DNA of 64,000 nucleotides from a virus, in the IMG/VR virus record IMGVR_UViG_3300017742_004322, positions 10,939 to 74,938 of that record, one strand, 5' to 3'. Below, in pieces: positions 30,199 through 39,594 of this stretch; positions within the stretch are counted from its first letter, which is position 1, and every line of letters begins with the position of its first letter. The position numbers and the translations under genes were made by a program. The notes beneath the pieces are model-generated. The model had not been told where the DNA came from. It did not search any database and saw only the letters and a program-made list of their open reading frames with translations.

Positions 30199-31985
30199 AA
30201 TTCTATTTCTCCTCTCATTACTTGGTTCATATGTTTGTTGGCAAAAGCCGCTGATTCTTGGATAATACGTTGACCTGTAAGGGTAATACTTTCACTTAGG
30301 ATTACATTACCATACCTAAATGAACCTAATGCTGTAGCACCGTAAAGTGAATTAAGAAGGATCTTCATTGTATGTTGTTTTAAATGCATTAATTCTCCTA
30401 ATTCCTTATTACCAGCTTTATAAGCTTCTTTCATTTTATTTTTAAATACAAGCCTTTCTTGAAACCATTTATTCAAAATAGTAGATAGTACTGAATCAAA
30501 ATCAGTTCTATACATTACACCATTAGCTGAAATTGCTAGATTTTCACTTTCAATTAGCTCAATTAAATCTTTAATTTTAATTTCAGTAGTTTGACGTTTA
30601 GCATTTTGAACCGAAACTGGTAGGTTTTGATCCATTTTTTTTAGATCATTTAAAGCATATCTACAATTAAATATTTCTTTTCCTTCAACATTTATTTTTT
30701 CATCCGAAAATAGTATTTTTCCTACTAAAGTTTCTTTACCAATATTAAGAGACATAATAATTGATGGGTAGAGTGATGTTAAATCTTCATCAAACATATA
30801 ATTAAAAATACCTGCTGTAGGACAAAATAAATATCCCCCAGCATAATTTTTCTTATTAATTGGGTTGGGGTCACGAGCAGGAGGAGCAATTCCTTGACTT
30901 AATAAATAAGCTGAGATAGCACCATCTTGGGTTTTAGTATTAGCATATACTTCACTGTAGTTATGTTTACCTTTATGTGATAAGTTTTTAGTAAGAGCTA
31001 AATAGTCTAGTTTTTCATCTAATAATTTAAGAATTTCGACATCACGAAAATTATATTGAATAAATTTATGAATATCATCTTCAAACAATCGATCTAAATT
31101 ACCATCATATTCAATCTTTGCTAACCCCGTATATTTTTCACCAATAACATCTAGTTTATATGAAGGTTCATCTCTAAAGCTAAACTTTTTATGTAAGCGC
31201 ATATAATCTAAAGATTCTACACCTATAATATCTACATACATATCTTGTTTATACCATCTAGCTTTTACTTCACCTGTAACTTGATCTTTATATTTAGCAG
31301 ATTTACGTGTTTTAACAATCCCAAGAGGAGATAAACTAGTAGCAATTTTTTTAGATAATACTCTTTCAATTCTGTAGTAAAGATAAGGAATATCGAAATA
31401 ATCACTATTCCACCCAACTATAATATCAGGATTTAATTCTTTAAAACGTTTTACAAAAGTTTGTAATAATTCTACTTCAGTTTTAACAGGAATTATTTCT
31501 TTGTTTTTAGCTTTAGTATGATTTAATTGACCTTTTTTATCTAAAATAATGATTGCCCAGAGATCTGTTTGTTTATCCCACCAAGCAATAGAAGTTATTG
31601 GTTTAGGAGCATCTTCAATATATTCTTCAGTAAGTGCACCTCCCATTTCACACTCTATATCAAAAAATATTTCCTTATGTCCTGTAGAGGGGTCATCATT
31701 AATTCCATATCTTTCAATAAGAAATTTTTGATAAGGGGGCATATCGTGAAAATGGAGACCTAAAGTATTTTTATATTTATATTCAGCATTCTTAGTAAAA
31801 TACCAATTTGTAATAGGTTTTACAAATTCACCATTTAGACCTTTTAAAGTGTGTTCTTTTTTGGGGCAGTTAACATAAGCTGTGTTTTTATATTCTGCAA
31901 CTTGATGTTTACCATCGCTTTCCCATAAATGCATTTCAAAATGGTTTGGGCCTAATTTTTCACCTTGATAACATTTTTTATACAT
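30195..31985 (-). CDS. polB: Family B DNA polymerase, N-terminal subunit (3'-5' exonuclease, motifs A and B)
   Basis: FDIE, GWNSDYFD, YNFRD, DLTSLYPS, KILLNSLYG; ends before motif C. Confidence 0.92.
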   Translation of the reverse strand: MYKKCYQGEKLGPNHFEMHLWESDGKHQVAEYKNTAYVNCPKKEHTLKGLNGEFVKPITNWYFTKNAEYKYKNTLGLHFHDMPPYQKFLIERYGINDDPSTGHKEIFFDIECEMGGALTEEYIEDAPKPITSIAWWDKQTDLWAIIILDKKGQLNHTKAKNKEIIPVKTEVELLQTFVKRFKELNPDIIVGWNSDYFDIPYLYYRIERVLSKKIATSLSPLGIVKTRKSAKYKDQVTGEVKARWYKQDMYVDIIGVESLDYMRLHKKFSFRDEPSYKLDVIGEKYTGLAKIEYDGNLDRLFEDDIHKFIQYNFRDVEILKLLDEKLDYLALTKNLSHKGKHNYSEVYANTKTQDGAISAYLLSQGIAPPARDPNPINKKNYAGGYLFCPTAGIFNYMFDEDLTSLYPSIIMSLNIGKETLVGKILFSDEKINVEGKEIFNCRYALNDLKKMDQNLPVSVQNAKRQTTEIKIKDLIELIESENLAISANGVMYRTDFDSVLSTILNKWFQERLVFKNKMKEAYKAGNKELGELMHLKQHTMKILLNSLYGATALGSFRYGNVILSESITLTGQRIIQESAAFANKHMNQVMRGEIEL

Positions 31986-32599
31986 TAAAAGAATTGTTTT
32001 AGATCAGGTCTGAAATAATTAATATTCTTCATTACTTTTTTGTCACGACTTCTATAGACAATATAATAGTCTCCAACCTTTTCGTAGTGACATGGTTCAT
32101 TTTGCTCTTTGGAACGAACTTTAACCGTTTCTTGTGCTTCTTCTTCACTTGAGCAAGCTTTAGACATATTCGACGCTTGTACTTCTTGATAGGCATCCCA
32201 TAATTTATCCTTAAGACCATGAAGCATAGTTCCGTTACCAATCGAGACGTAGGCAATGTCACATAAAGCATCAAGTACCTCAACAATATCACCTGCTTCG
32301 CAGGCAGCTTTGTATTCTTCAAGTTCTTCGAGAATGAAGTCATAAACAAACATCCATTCAGCTTTGTTTTCAGGTATATTAGGCTCATAATTATTAGGTT
32401 TTCCCATTGTTGCATTAAATTCTTCTACTTCGCTTACAAAAGGAACGTACCTACCCTTAAATTTATCAGCTATACGCTGTGCTGTTAACTCAGCCCATTC
32501 ATGTTCTGGGGTCATTGATAATTGGTCTCGGTCTCTAAGTGAATTTAGCAAACCTAAACTATTACGTAGTTCTAATTCTACTTCTTCTTTAAAATTCAT
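31985..32599 (-). CDS. MazG-like NTP pyrophosphohydrolase (PRA-PH family)
   Basis: EELEE, EVLDALCD, EVQASNMSK, KVMK. Confidence 0.85.
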   Translation of the reverse strand: MNFKEEVELELRNSLGLLNSLRDRDQLSMTPEHEWAELTAQRIADKFKGRYVPFVSEVEEFNATMGKPNNYEPNIPENKAEWMFVYDFILEELEEYKAACEAGDIVEVLDALCDIAYVSIGNGTMLHGLKDKLWDAYQEVQASNMSKACSSEEEAQETVKVRSKEQNEPCHYEKVGDYYIVYRSRDKKVMKNINYFRPDLKQFF

Positions 32600-32602
32600 A
32601 AA

Positions 32603-33298
32603 TTAAATGTTATGTCCTCCGTTATTAATTTTTAAACTATCAAAAAACTCTTTACGAGCATTATTTTGATCATCTCTAAATGCTCCTGATGCTTTAGTGG
32701 TAACCATTGCTGCTCCTTGATGTTTTACTCCGCGACACGAAACACAATTATGAGTTCCGACAATAGTAACAATTACACCTAAATTACCTTCTGTAATTTT
32801 AGATACAGCATTGTGTATTGCTGATGTTAATTGTTCTTGGATAGCACCTCTACGTCCAAATAATTCTACAATTCTATTTAGTTTTGATAAACCAATTACT
32901 TGACCATCTTCTCCAGCAATATAACCAATATGAACAACTCCTCCAATTGTTTGGTGGTGGTGAGAACACATTGATGTTAGAGGAATATTTCTTTCAATAA
33001 CTACTCCATCATAACCATCTGAGGGGAATGAAGTAATAGGAGACATTGCTGTATAACGACCTGACCATAAATCATTTACATATGCTTTAGATACTCGACG
33101 AGGAGTTTCCATTGAATTTGGATCATTTCTCCAATCACATTTTAAAGCATCTAAAAACTTACCATAAGCTTCAGTAGCTTCATCTATCATTTCTTGTTTT
33201 TGATCTATATTAAGAGGGAAACCAGGAGCTACTCCATTAGCAAACCCTTCTTGTACCACTTCTAGTTCTTCGTGGATTTTTCTACGTTTGTTTTCCAT
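32603..33298 (-). CDS. folE: GTP cyclohydrolase I
   Basis: TPRRV, SMCSHH, GLSKL, QE, HNCVSCRG. Confidence 0.97.
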   Translation of the reverse strand: MENKRRKIHEELEVVQEGFANGVAPGFPLNIDQKQEMIDEATEAYGKFLDALKCDWRNDPNSMETPRRVSKAYVNDLWSGRYTAMSPITSFPSDGYDGVVIERNIPLTSMCSHHHQTIGGVVHIGYIAGEDGQVIGLSKLNRIVELFGRRGAIQEQLTSAIHNAVSKITEGNLGVIVTIVGTHNCVSCRGVKHQGAAMVTTKASGAFRDDQNNARKEFFDSLKINNGGHNI

Positions 33299-33319
33299 GT
33301 ATTATAACTTATTTTATGT

Positions 33320-33351
33320 GAATATACAAAACTAATTTTACAAAGCCCAAA
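33320..33351 (-). promoter_or_regulatory. Phage promoter upstream of folE-mazG-polB
   Basis: TTTGG-N16-TTTG-TATATTC (spacer 1 nt longer than consensus). Confidence 0.55.
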
Positions 33352-33841
33352 TTGAATTTAAATTTCTCATATGACCTTTTTCATTATCCATTCCCATTCC
33401 AACTACCCATTCATCATCAATAGTAAATGCATGATATGATTTTTGTTTTGGGATTGGGGATGTTGCTCTAGTAACTAAAGACACAATTGAAATTGAAGCT
33501 GGTTTTTTGACTTCTAAATATTCAATAACTGCTTTCATAGTATTTCCAGTATCGTAAATATCATCTACAATATAAACATGTTTTCCTTTAACACGTGTTT
33601 CTAAGTCCTTAGTGATTTGTATATCACCTTGTTTACGGTTTACATACGATTTAACGCGCATAAAATCACATTCCACGTCAATTGGCATAGATCGTACTAG
33701 ATCGCTGTAGAACGCAAAAGCACCATTTAATAAACCAACCATTACAATTGGAGTTTTATCTCCTCTATGGTCATCAGTAATTTGTTTACCAATTATTTTT
33801 GTTTGAAATTGGATATCTTTAGCTGAAATTAGTTCTTTCAT
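33338..33841 (-). CDS. hpt: Purine phosphoribosyltransferase (HPRT-like)
   Basis: LLNGAF, VKSY, IVDDIYDTGNT PRPP loop, VVGMGMD, RNL. Confidence 0.88.
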   Translation of the reverse strand: MKELISAKDIQFQTKIIGKQITDDHRGDKTPIVMVGLLNGAFAFYSDLVRSMPIDVECDFMRVKSYVNRKQGDIQITKDLETRVKGKHVYIVDDIYDTGNTMKAVIEYLEVKKPASISIVSLVTRATSPIPKQKSYHAFTIDDEWVVGMGMDNEKGHMRNLNSIWAL

Positions 33842-34215
33842 CGTTTTCCTCCGTAATATTCTTTAGCATGACCTTCATTAATCAAAATTCGATTAACACT
33901 AATTTCTGGGGTGTTTGGGTTATTAGAGTGTAGAGTATTTTCAACATATATTTCCCCTAAACAACGACCATATTTTCCTACTCCATGAGACACTAAAATA
34001 AATTTATTTTCGTTTTCTTCTAGAATTTCTATTAAACGAGCTTTAGCAGCTAATCCTTTTTTCTTTTCTTCTTTATTTCGAGTTCTGGATTCCCAAGCAT
34101 CCATCCCCATCATTCGGATTCTTACTTTTTTTAAAGTATTAAATCCTAAATCAATTAGAGCATCTATTGTGTCTCCGTCTACTACTCTATCTAATGTTGC
34201 GTGATAAGTATACAT
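33838..34215 (-). CDS. Thermonuclease (SNase) family protein
   Basis: VVDGDT, RIR..G.DA.E, KYGR.LG. Confidence 0.88.
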   Translation of the reverse strand: MYTYHATLDRVVDGDTIDALIDLGFNTLKKVRIRMMGMDAWESRTRNKEEKKKGLAAKARLIEILEENENKFILVSHGVGKYGRCLGEIYVENTLHSNNPNTPEISVNRILINEGHAKEYYGGKR

Positions 34216-34610
34216 TATTTGTTTTTGAATTTATAATAAATTTGTTTTTCCCATCCTAGCTTTTCAAATACCTTTTGAGAAGCTATATTATCGGTTTTTA
34301 CATAAGCATCAACCTCAGCCCAACGAGGAGTATATTCTTGAATCATAAATGTTCCTATACCTTTACCATGGAATTTAGATGATACACAATAGGTTATTTC
34401 ATGCCCTTTTAATAAACCTATATAACCTGCAGGTTCTCCATCTACTAAACAAATTTTATAATCCCATTGATGTTCTGACATAAAGTCTTTTTGTTGTTCA
34501 GGAGTGATGTTAACTTGAGTAAAGAAACCTCCTTGATTATCGGGGTTAGTTCTTAATTGACGGACAAATTCCCAATATTGTTCTAGACAATTTACTAGTT
34601 CCATTTTCAT
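34215..34610 (-). CDS. GNAT N-acetyltransferase
   Basis: FHGKGIG, NIASQKVFEKLGW. Confidence 0.85.
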   Translation of the reverse strand: MKMELVNCLEQYWEFVRQLRTNPDNQGGFFTQVNITPEQQKDFMSEHQWDYKICLVDGEPAGYIGLLKGHEITYCVSSKFHGKGIGTFMIQEYTPRWAEVDAYVKTDNIASQKVFEKLGWEKQIYYKFKNK

Positions 34611-35764
34611 CGTTTTATAGCTTTAATAACAGTTTTAACTACTTTTTTAGCATCTTCTTCTGTTAAAAACATATGAAGAGGGAGTGAAATTATTTCTTCA
34701 CTTAGCTTATGAGCATTGGGACAAGTACCTTTTGCTTCTGAATATAAATCATATTGTGTATTGTCTTTGTAATGTACTCCAGGGAATATATCATTAGCGT
34801 TTAAATATTCCATTACTTCGTTTCTATTAGAAACTTTAATTTGATATAAATGACGAGAAGATTCACATTTACTATTATGAAGAATAGGTTGAATTAATTT
34901 TTCATTTTTAAATCCTTCATCATATAATTTACAAATTTCTCTCCTACGACTATTATCTTCATCTAAATAACGTAATGCTACTAATCCCATTGCAGCCATA
35001 ATAGAGTTACCATGAGCTTTAAATCCTAAATCAATTACATCATAATCCCATTTATAACTGCCTTTAGAATTGGTACGATTAAAAGTATCTTTACTGATAC
35101 CTAACCACGAAAGTTTACGAGCTAAAGCATCATAATCTTTATTTTGAAAACAAATCATACCTCCATCAGCAGTAGGCATATTTTTAACTGATTGGAAGCT
35201 AAAGATGGAAACATCAGCGTCCCATCCTACATGAGATTTAGAAACTGCCACTCCATGAAATACTCTATCTACCTTAGTTCCTGCCATATGAGCAGCATCT
35301 AAAATAAGTTTTAAACCATGTTTATCACATAATTTTTTAACTTCATTATATTGTCCAATATTACCTCCAATACCAACAAACATTACTGCTTTGGTTTTAC
35401 GTGTAATTTTAGATTCAATACTTTTAACGTCTAAACAAAGTTGATCATCGACATCAGCAAATATTGGTTTTAAATCATTATATAAAATAGCGTGATTTGA
35501 AGAAACAAAAGTAAGAGGGGTAGTAATTACTTCATCTCCATCTTTCCATTTATTAACATCTTTAAGGACTTTAAGAGCAATTTGAAGCCCAACTGTATTA
35601 GAAGCTATAAAATGTGCATGGTTAAAATTAGTATATTTTTTCCATTCTTCTTCTAATTTTTCAGTCTTAAAACCCATTCCTGTCCATCCAATTTCTAGAC
35701 ATTCTGTAATTTCTTTTAAGATTTCTTCTGTACGATACTTTGGTTTAAAAACTTGAATTGACAT
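34607..35764 (-). CDS. DegT/DnrJ/EryC1/StrS PLP-dependent aminotransferase
   Basis: TFVSS, DAAH, FSFQSVKN (PLP Lys), DGG, SLPLH; start likely MSIQV at 35764. Confidence 0.92.
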   Translation of the reverse strand: MSIQVFKPKYRTEEILKEITECLEIGWTGMGFKTEKLEEEWKKYTNFNHAHFIASNTVGLQIALKVLKDVNKWKDGDEVITTPLTFVSSNHAILYNDLKPIFADVDDQLCLDVKSIESKITRKTKAVMFVGIGGNIGQYNEVKKLCDKHGLKLILDAAHMAGTKVDRVFHGVAVSKSHVGWDADVSIFSFQSVKNMPTADGGMICFQNKDYDALARKLSWLGISKDTFNRTNSKGSYKWDYDVIDLGFKAHGNSIMAAMGLVALRYLDEDNSRRREICKLYDEGFKNEKLIQPILHNSKCESSRHLYQIKVSNRNEVMEYLNANDIFPGVHYKDNTQYDLYSEAKGTCPNAHKLSEEIISLPLHMFLTEEDAKKVVKTVIKAIKR

Positions 35765-35789
35765 TTTTTTTTTATTTAAACAATTTTTA

Positions 35790-36626
35790 TTATACTCCTC
35801 TTTTAGTGTCAAACGCTATAATATGATCTCTACCAGTCATGTTATATCCTTTTTCGGCACACATTTCAAATACTAAAGGATACATTTCAACTAAAGTTTC
35901 TCGAGTATCACCCGCAGGCATTATAAATGTTTTATCTTTAGGAACATTAATTTCTAGTCTATAAGCTTCAATTTCAGCAAGACCTTCATCTGTACCATCC
36001 CAAACAGGTTTAAAGTGGTAATCATTATGATAACTAAGAGTTTTCTTAATTGCTTCAGTATTAAGACGAAGACGATTATGAGTTTTAACCATTTTTTCAT
36101 TTGTAACTGACCCATTAGGGGTAGCAGCTCCAACAACAGGAACACTATTACTAAATTTTGGAGAAAGAGAAATAAGACCTAGTGGATAATCTGTTTCGAG
36201 AAAATGAGAACCTTCAGTTTCAATTGTAATTAAGATACCTCTTTCATTTGCAAAATGTGTTATTTCATTTACTAAAGCAGGGTGCATAGTAGGACTACCA
36301 CCTGTTAACATCATTTCTTTAACATGAGGATTTTCATCATAAATTTTAATAATGTCGTTAAATGTAAAGGTACCTTTTTCAGGGTGGACTGAAGTATACC
36401 AAGAATCGCACCACCCACCTTCACCAAAATAACATCGATGAGTACAGCCAGTAGTACGAACAGCAATAGTAGGTCTTCCAAATCTAGACCCTTCAGATTG
36501 GACACACCTATAGATCTCAAGAATAGGTAATACTTTGTCATAATCTTTAATACGACCTAAAGGGGCCGTTTTATTCCATAATTTAGGATTCAACATAGTA
36601 GGCTGCATTTTTACCATGTTCAGCAA
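35790..36626 (-). CDS. queE: 7-carboxy-7-deazaguanine synthase (radical SAM)
   Basis: QSEG, R..GCTHRC-x7-WCDS, TGG.P, IETEG, SPK; start uncertain (36596 possible). Confidence 0.93.
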   Translation of the reverse strand: MLNMVKMQPTMLNPKLWNKTAPLGRIKDYDKVLPILEIYRCVQSEGSRFGRPTIAVRTTGCTHRCYFGEGGWCDSWYTSVHPEKGTFTFNDIIKIYDENPHVKEMMLTGGSPTMHPALVNEITHFANERGILITIETEGSHFLETDYPLGLISLSPKFSNSVPVVGAATPNGSVTNEKMVKTHNRLRLNTEAIKKTLSYHNDYHFKPVWDGTDEGLAEIEAYRLEINVPKDKTFIMPAGDTRETLVEMYPLVFEMCAEKGYNMTGRDHIIAFDTKRGV

Positions 36627-37050
36627 ATTTAACTTTAGTAACTTTTACTCTACCTTCAGTTTCTTCGAGAACAAAATTATTAATTTTATTAAAAATATAC
36701 TCAGCAAATTTTTCGGCTCCTGTAGCTTCAACAACTCTTAATTGAATTATACCTTCCTTATCTAGTCTTTCCCATTCTGGTAGGGCAGGATCGTCTTCAG
36801 CACAAACTAAAGTATGGTCAAACATATAATCCATCCATGCTTTAGGGGACATACCATCAATTTGAGTTTTAGCACGTTTCATACCACCAAAATCCCAAAC
36901 CCAATTTCTATGATCTAAATCACCTTCAAAATAAACTTTAAACGAAACTCCATAACCATGAAGAAATCGACAATGAGTTGTATTTGCCTTCCACTGACGG
37001 AACACAGTTGAGAATCCATCAAATACTTTACTTGACTGAAATTTACCCAT
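36583..37050 (-). CDS. queD: 6-carboxy-tetrahydropterin synthase
   Basis: HCRFLHGY, WDFG, FDH, AE, E..KN.A. Confidence 0.9.
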   Translation of the reverse strand: MGKFQSSKVFDGFSTVFRQWKANTTHCRFLHGYGVSFKVYFEGDLDHRNWVWDFGGMKRAKTQIDGMSPKAWMDYMFDHTLVCAEDDPALPEWERLDKEGIIQLRVVEATGAEKFAEYIFNKINNFVLEETEGRVKVTKVKFAEHGKNAAYYVES

Positions 37051-37291
37051 TATAGAATTGTTTTACAAAGTTAATATCTTTTACACCTACAAACATATCT
37101 ATTTTATTCCCACTATCATCTACTTTAATAACCGAAGGGACACTTCTAATTCCATATTGAGCTGTGATTTCGTTTTCAACATCAATATTAATTTTTTGAA
37201 TGTTCATACCTTCAGATGATAATCGATCCATCAAGGGTCCAAACATTTTACACGGTCCACACCAAGGTGCAGAAAAATATAATAATTTCAT
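37043..37291 (-). CDS. trxA: Thioredoxin
   Basis: WCGPC, IRSVP. Confidence 0.93.
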   Translation of the reverse strand: MKLLYFSAPWCGPCKMFGPLMDRLSSEGMNIQKINIDVENEITAQYGIRSVPSVIKVDDSGNKIDMFVGVKDINFVKQFYNG

Positions 37292-37302
37292 ATCTTTATA
37301 AT

Positions 37303-37524
37303 TTAAACTAATTCTTCTATAATTCCTATTATTTCACTAAATATAAGAACCCCTACTGCAAGTGGCAAATTTACAATCAAAAGTCCATATCCTAAAATAC
37401 GAAATCCTGATTTAATAAATGAAATTATTTGATGTTTACGAGCATCAGGTAATTCTTGTTTTTTAGGTTCAGGTATATGAACTCTACCAAACCCTTTTGC
37501 GTCCATTATTTCTCTATCACTCAT
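37303..37524 (-). CDS. Small membrane protein
   Basis: HQIISFIKS.FRI, EIIGIIEELV. Confidence 0.6.
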   Translation of the reverse strand: MSDREIMDAKGFGRVHIPEPKKQELPDARKHQIISFIKSGFRILGYGLLIVNLPLAVGVLIFSEIIGIIEELV

Positions 37525-38371
37525 GTTCTGCTAAGATTTTGGATACGTGCTCTTTAACTTTTTCCCAAGAAGCCAATCCTTCATCATCTTCATATTGTAT
37601 TGGATCAGGCCTCCCAAGATTAATAAAGGCCTCAACACGCTCCACACTACTTGCAGACTTATAATCGCTATTACCACTAGGATAAGGCTTATAGCTTGTA
37701 TTAGTTCTTTTATAAACTTCATCAAAGTCAATATTTAATTTTTGACAGAGACTTTCTCCATCTTGTAAAATTGTAAACTTATCTCCTTCAAGATAAGGCG
37801 TCCAATAATCTACTAATTCACTATCCCAATTACCTAATCTAAAAGCAGCATCATCTGCATCTCTAAATTCTTGACGACAGTCAGGATAAATTGCATGGTC
37901 ACCTGCATGGATTCCTAAAGCAATATTAGTAATTTCTTTTTTAGTAGTTGCTATTGATAAAGCAACTGCCTGAGTTATTGAAGCAAATATTTTGTTTCTA
38001 TTAGGAACAACAGTTGCTTTCATATTATCTTCAGCATAATGCCCTTCAGGCACTTCATCTCCACCTTCAACTAAGGCTGAGTTGAGTAAATCAACTAAGC
38101 CATCAAGTTTAATAACTCGATAATTAATAGGGGAATATTTACCAAAATCATCTCCCCTATGATTAGTTTCATAAAAGTTATCATTTAAATAATCTACTAG
38201 TGATTGAGCTCTTTCTAACTCTACTCTATGTTTTTGACCATAGTCAAAAGATAAAGCTGTTACTGTTTCATACTCATCTAAAGCTTTAAGCAATAGTGTT
38301 GAGCTGTCCATACCACCTGAAAGTGATACTACTACGTGTTTTCCTTGTTCAAAAATCATTTTTAATTGCAT
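37517..38371 (-). CDS. queC: 7-cyano-7-deazaguanine synthase
   Basis: SLSGGMDS, FDYGQKH, VPNRN, HAGD..YPDCR; start likely ATG 38371 or 38359. Confidence 0.95.
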   Translation of the reverse strand: MQLKMIFEQGKHVVVSLSGGMDSSTLLLKALDEYETVTALSFDYGQKHRVELERAQSLVDYLNDNFYETNHRGDDFGKYSPINYRVIKLDGLVDLLNSALVEGGDEVPEGHYAEDNMKATVVPNRNKIFASITQAVALSIATTKKEITNIALGIHAGDHAIYPDCRQEFRDADDAAFRLGNWDSELVDYWTPYLEGDKFTILQDGESLCQKLNIDFDEVYKRTNTSYKPYPSGNSDYKSASSVERVEAFINLGRPDPIQYEDDEGLASWEKVKEHVSKILAEHE

Positions 38372-38376
38372 TTTAT

Positions 38377-38410
38377 AAGCCAGGTATTTTAAGCGTATAG
38401 GCAAACGCTG
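38377..38410 (-). promoter_or_regulatory. Hairpin/pseudoknot-like element in queC leader
   Basis: AGCGU/ACGCU stem, loop UUGCCUAU, A-rich linker, GGC able to pair with loop GCC. Confidence 0.45.
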
Positions 38411-38426
38411 TATTCTTTTATTTAAC

Positions 38427-38621
38427 TTAGTCTTCTACAAATTCTACATCTCCGTAATCATCAATTGGTTTATCTCTTACTAGATCCCAATCGGCATCAT
38501 CTATGATTTCTTGTTGAATATCTTCATCACCTGTTTTCCACTGTGCTAATTCTTCTTCTGTTAGCACATATTCTTCCCATCTGAAGTCTGAGTAATTTAC
38601 TGTTCTTGTTAATTTTGCCAT
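38427..38621 (-). CDS. Small acidic hypothetical protein
   Basis: ORF track. Confidence 0.6.
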   Translation of the reverse strand: MAKLTRTVNYSDFRWEEYVLTEEELAQWKTGDEDIQQEIIDDADWDLVRDKPIDDYGDVEFVED

Positions 38622-38622
38622 T

Positions 38623-38802
38623 TTACATTAATTTTGGTATTCTAAATTTTAAAATAGGACTTCCATTTACTGTAGGTTGTCCTAAATCATCTATTTCTAC
38701 TGTTTTGACTTTAATAGGCTTATTTCTAAACCTTCCAGTTAACATAATATCTCCCTTTTCTATAGGAATAATTAATTTCCCATTTTTATATTCAGTTTTC
38801 AT
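38623..38802 (-). CDS. Small hypothetical protein (59 aa, not in track)
   Basis: MKTEYKNGKLIIPIEKGDIMLTGRFRNKPIKVKTVEIDDLGQPTVNGSPILKFRIPKLM fills the gap exactly. Confidence 0.75.
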   Translation of the reverse strand: MKTEYKNGKLIIPIEKGDIMLTGRFRNKPIKVKTVEIDDLGQPTVNGSPILKFRIPKLM

Positions 38803-38805
38803 AAT

Positions 38806-39594
38806 TTATAAATCATTAATTTCACCAAATTTAGAAACATTATGTATTAAACAATCATAATCTACCTCATTGCTCAACATAAAAAAATAATCATTTATAT
38901 TTGCTTTTGGTTTTTTATCTAAACCAGAATTAGTATACCTAATACCTTCTAAAGCAGCCATTACAGGATTTGAAGTATCAATTGATTCAATACAATCAAA
39001 TCCTTTATACCAACCAAATTCTTGTGGTACAGCACACCCTAATAAATGAATCCTATCATTTTGAGAGATAACTTTAGTTTTGTATAAAGCTGAAATTACT
39101 GAAAGGCGTCCTAAAGCTTTACCGATATCTTTATTTGGATGAGGGACTACATCGTTATAATAAGAAGCACCATATGAAAATGCTATTTTCCTGTATCCTA
39201 AATCTTTATATGTTTGATAACAAGTTGCAGCTTCATGAATAGTTTGTGCTTGAACTACTGCTACTTTAGTAGTATTTTCAGGAAGTATAGTTTGAGACCA
39301 TTTACGAGCATTTACTACAGAAGCATCTCGTTGTTCCCATACATCAGGAACAATAAACTCATCTGGTTTTAATTCATTAACCCAGTGTAATAAACGATCA
39401 GTATTGTATGCTTTACCTAATTCATGGAGTGAATTATCCATAATAATATATCTTTCTTGAGCTTTTGCATCAAGGAAATATTCTAGATAACCTTCTTCTT
39501 GATCTAGTAAGTGAGGAAGACAATAATCATAATCATTAAAGTGACGACTATCTTCTAATAAACACAAGGGGGTTTCATGGCTAACCTTTATCAT
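38806..39594 (-). CDS. dpdA: TGT-fold DNA 7-deazaguanine transglycosylase (DpdA-like)
   Basis: MDNSLHE, VPD, IHLLG, SIDTS TGT-type motifs; near queC. Confidence 0.75.
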   Translation of the reverse strand: MIKVSHETPLCLLEDSRHFNDYDYCLPHLLDQEEGYLEYFLDAKAQERYIIMDNSLHELGKAYNTDRLLHWVNELKPDEFIVPDVWEQRDASVVNARKWSQTILPENTTKVAVVQAQTIHEAATCYQTYKDLGYRKIAFSYGASYYNDVVPHPNKDIGKALGRLSVISALYKTKVISQNDRIHLLGCAVPQEFGWYKGFDCIESIDTSNPVMAALEGIRYTNSGLDKKPKANINDYFFMLSNEVDYDCLIHNVSKFGEINDL

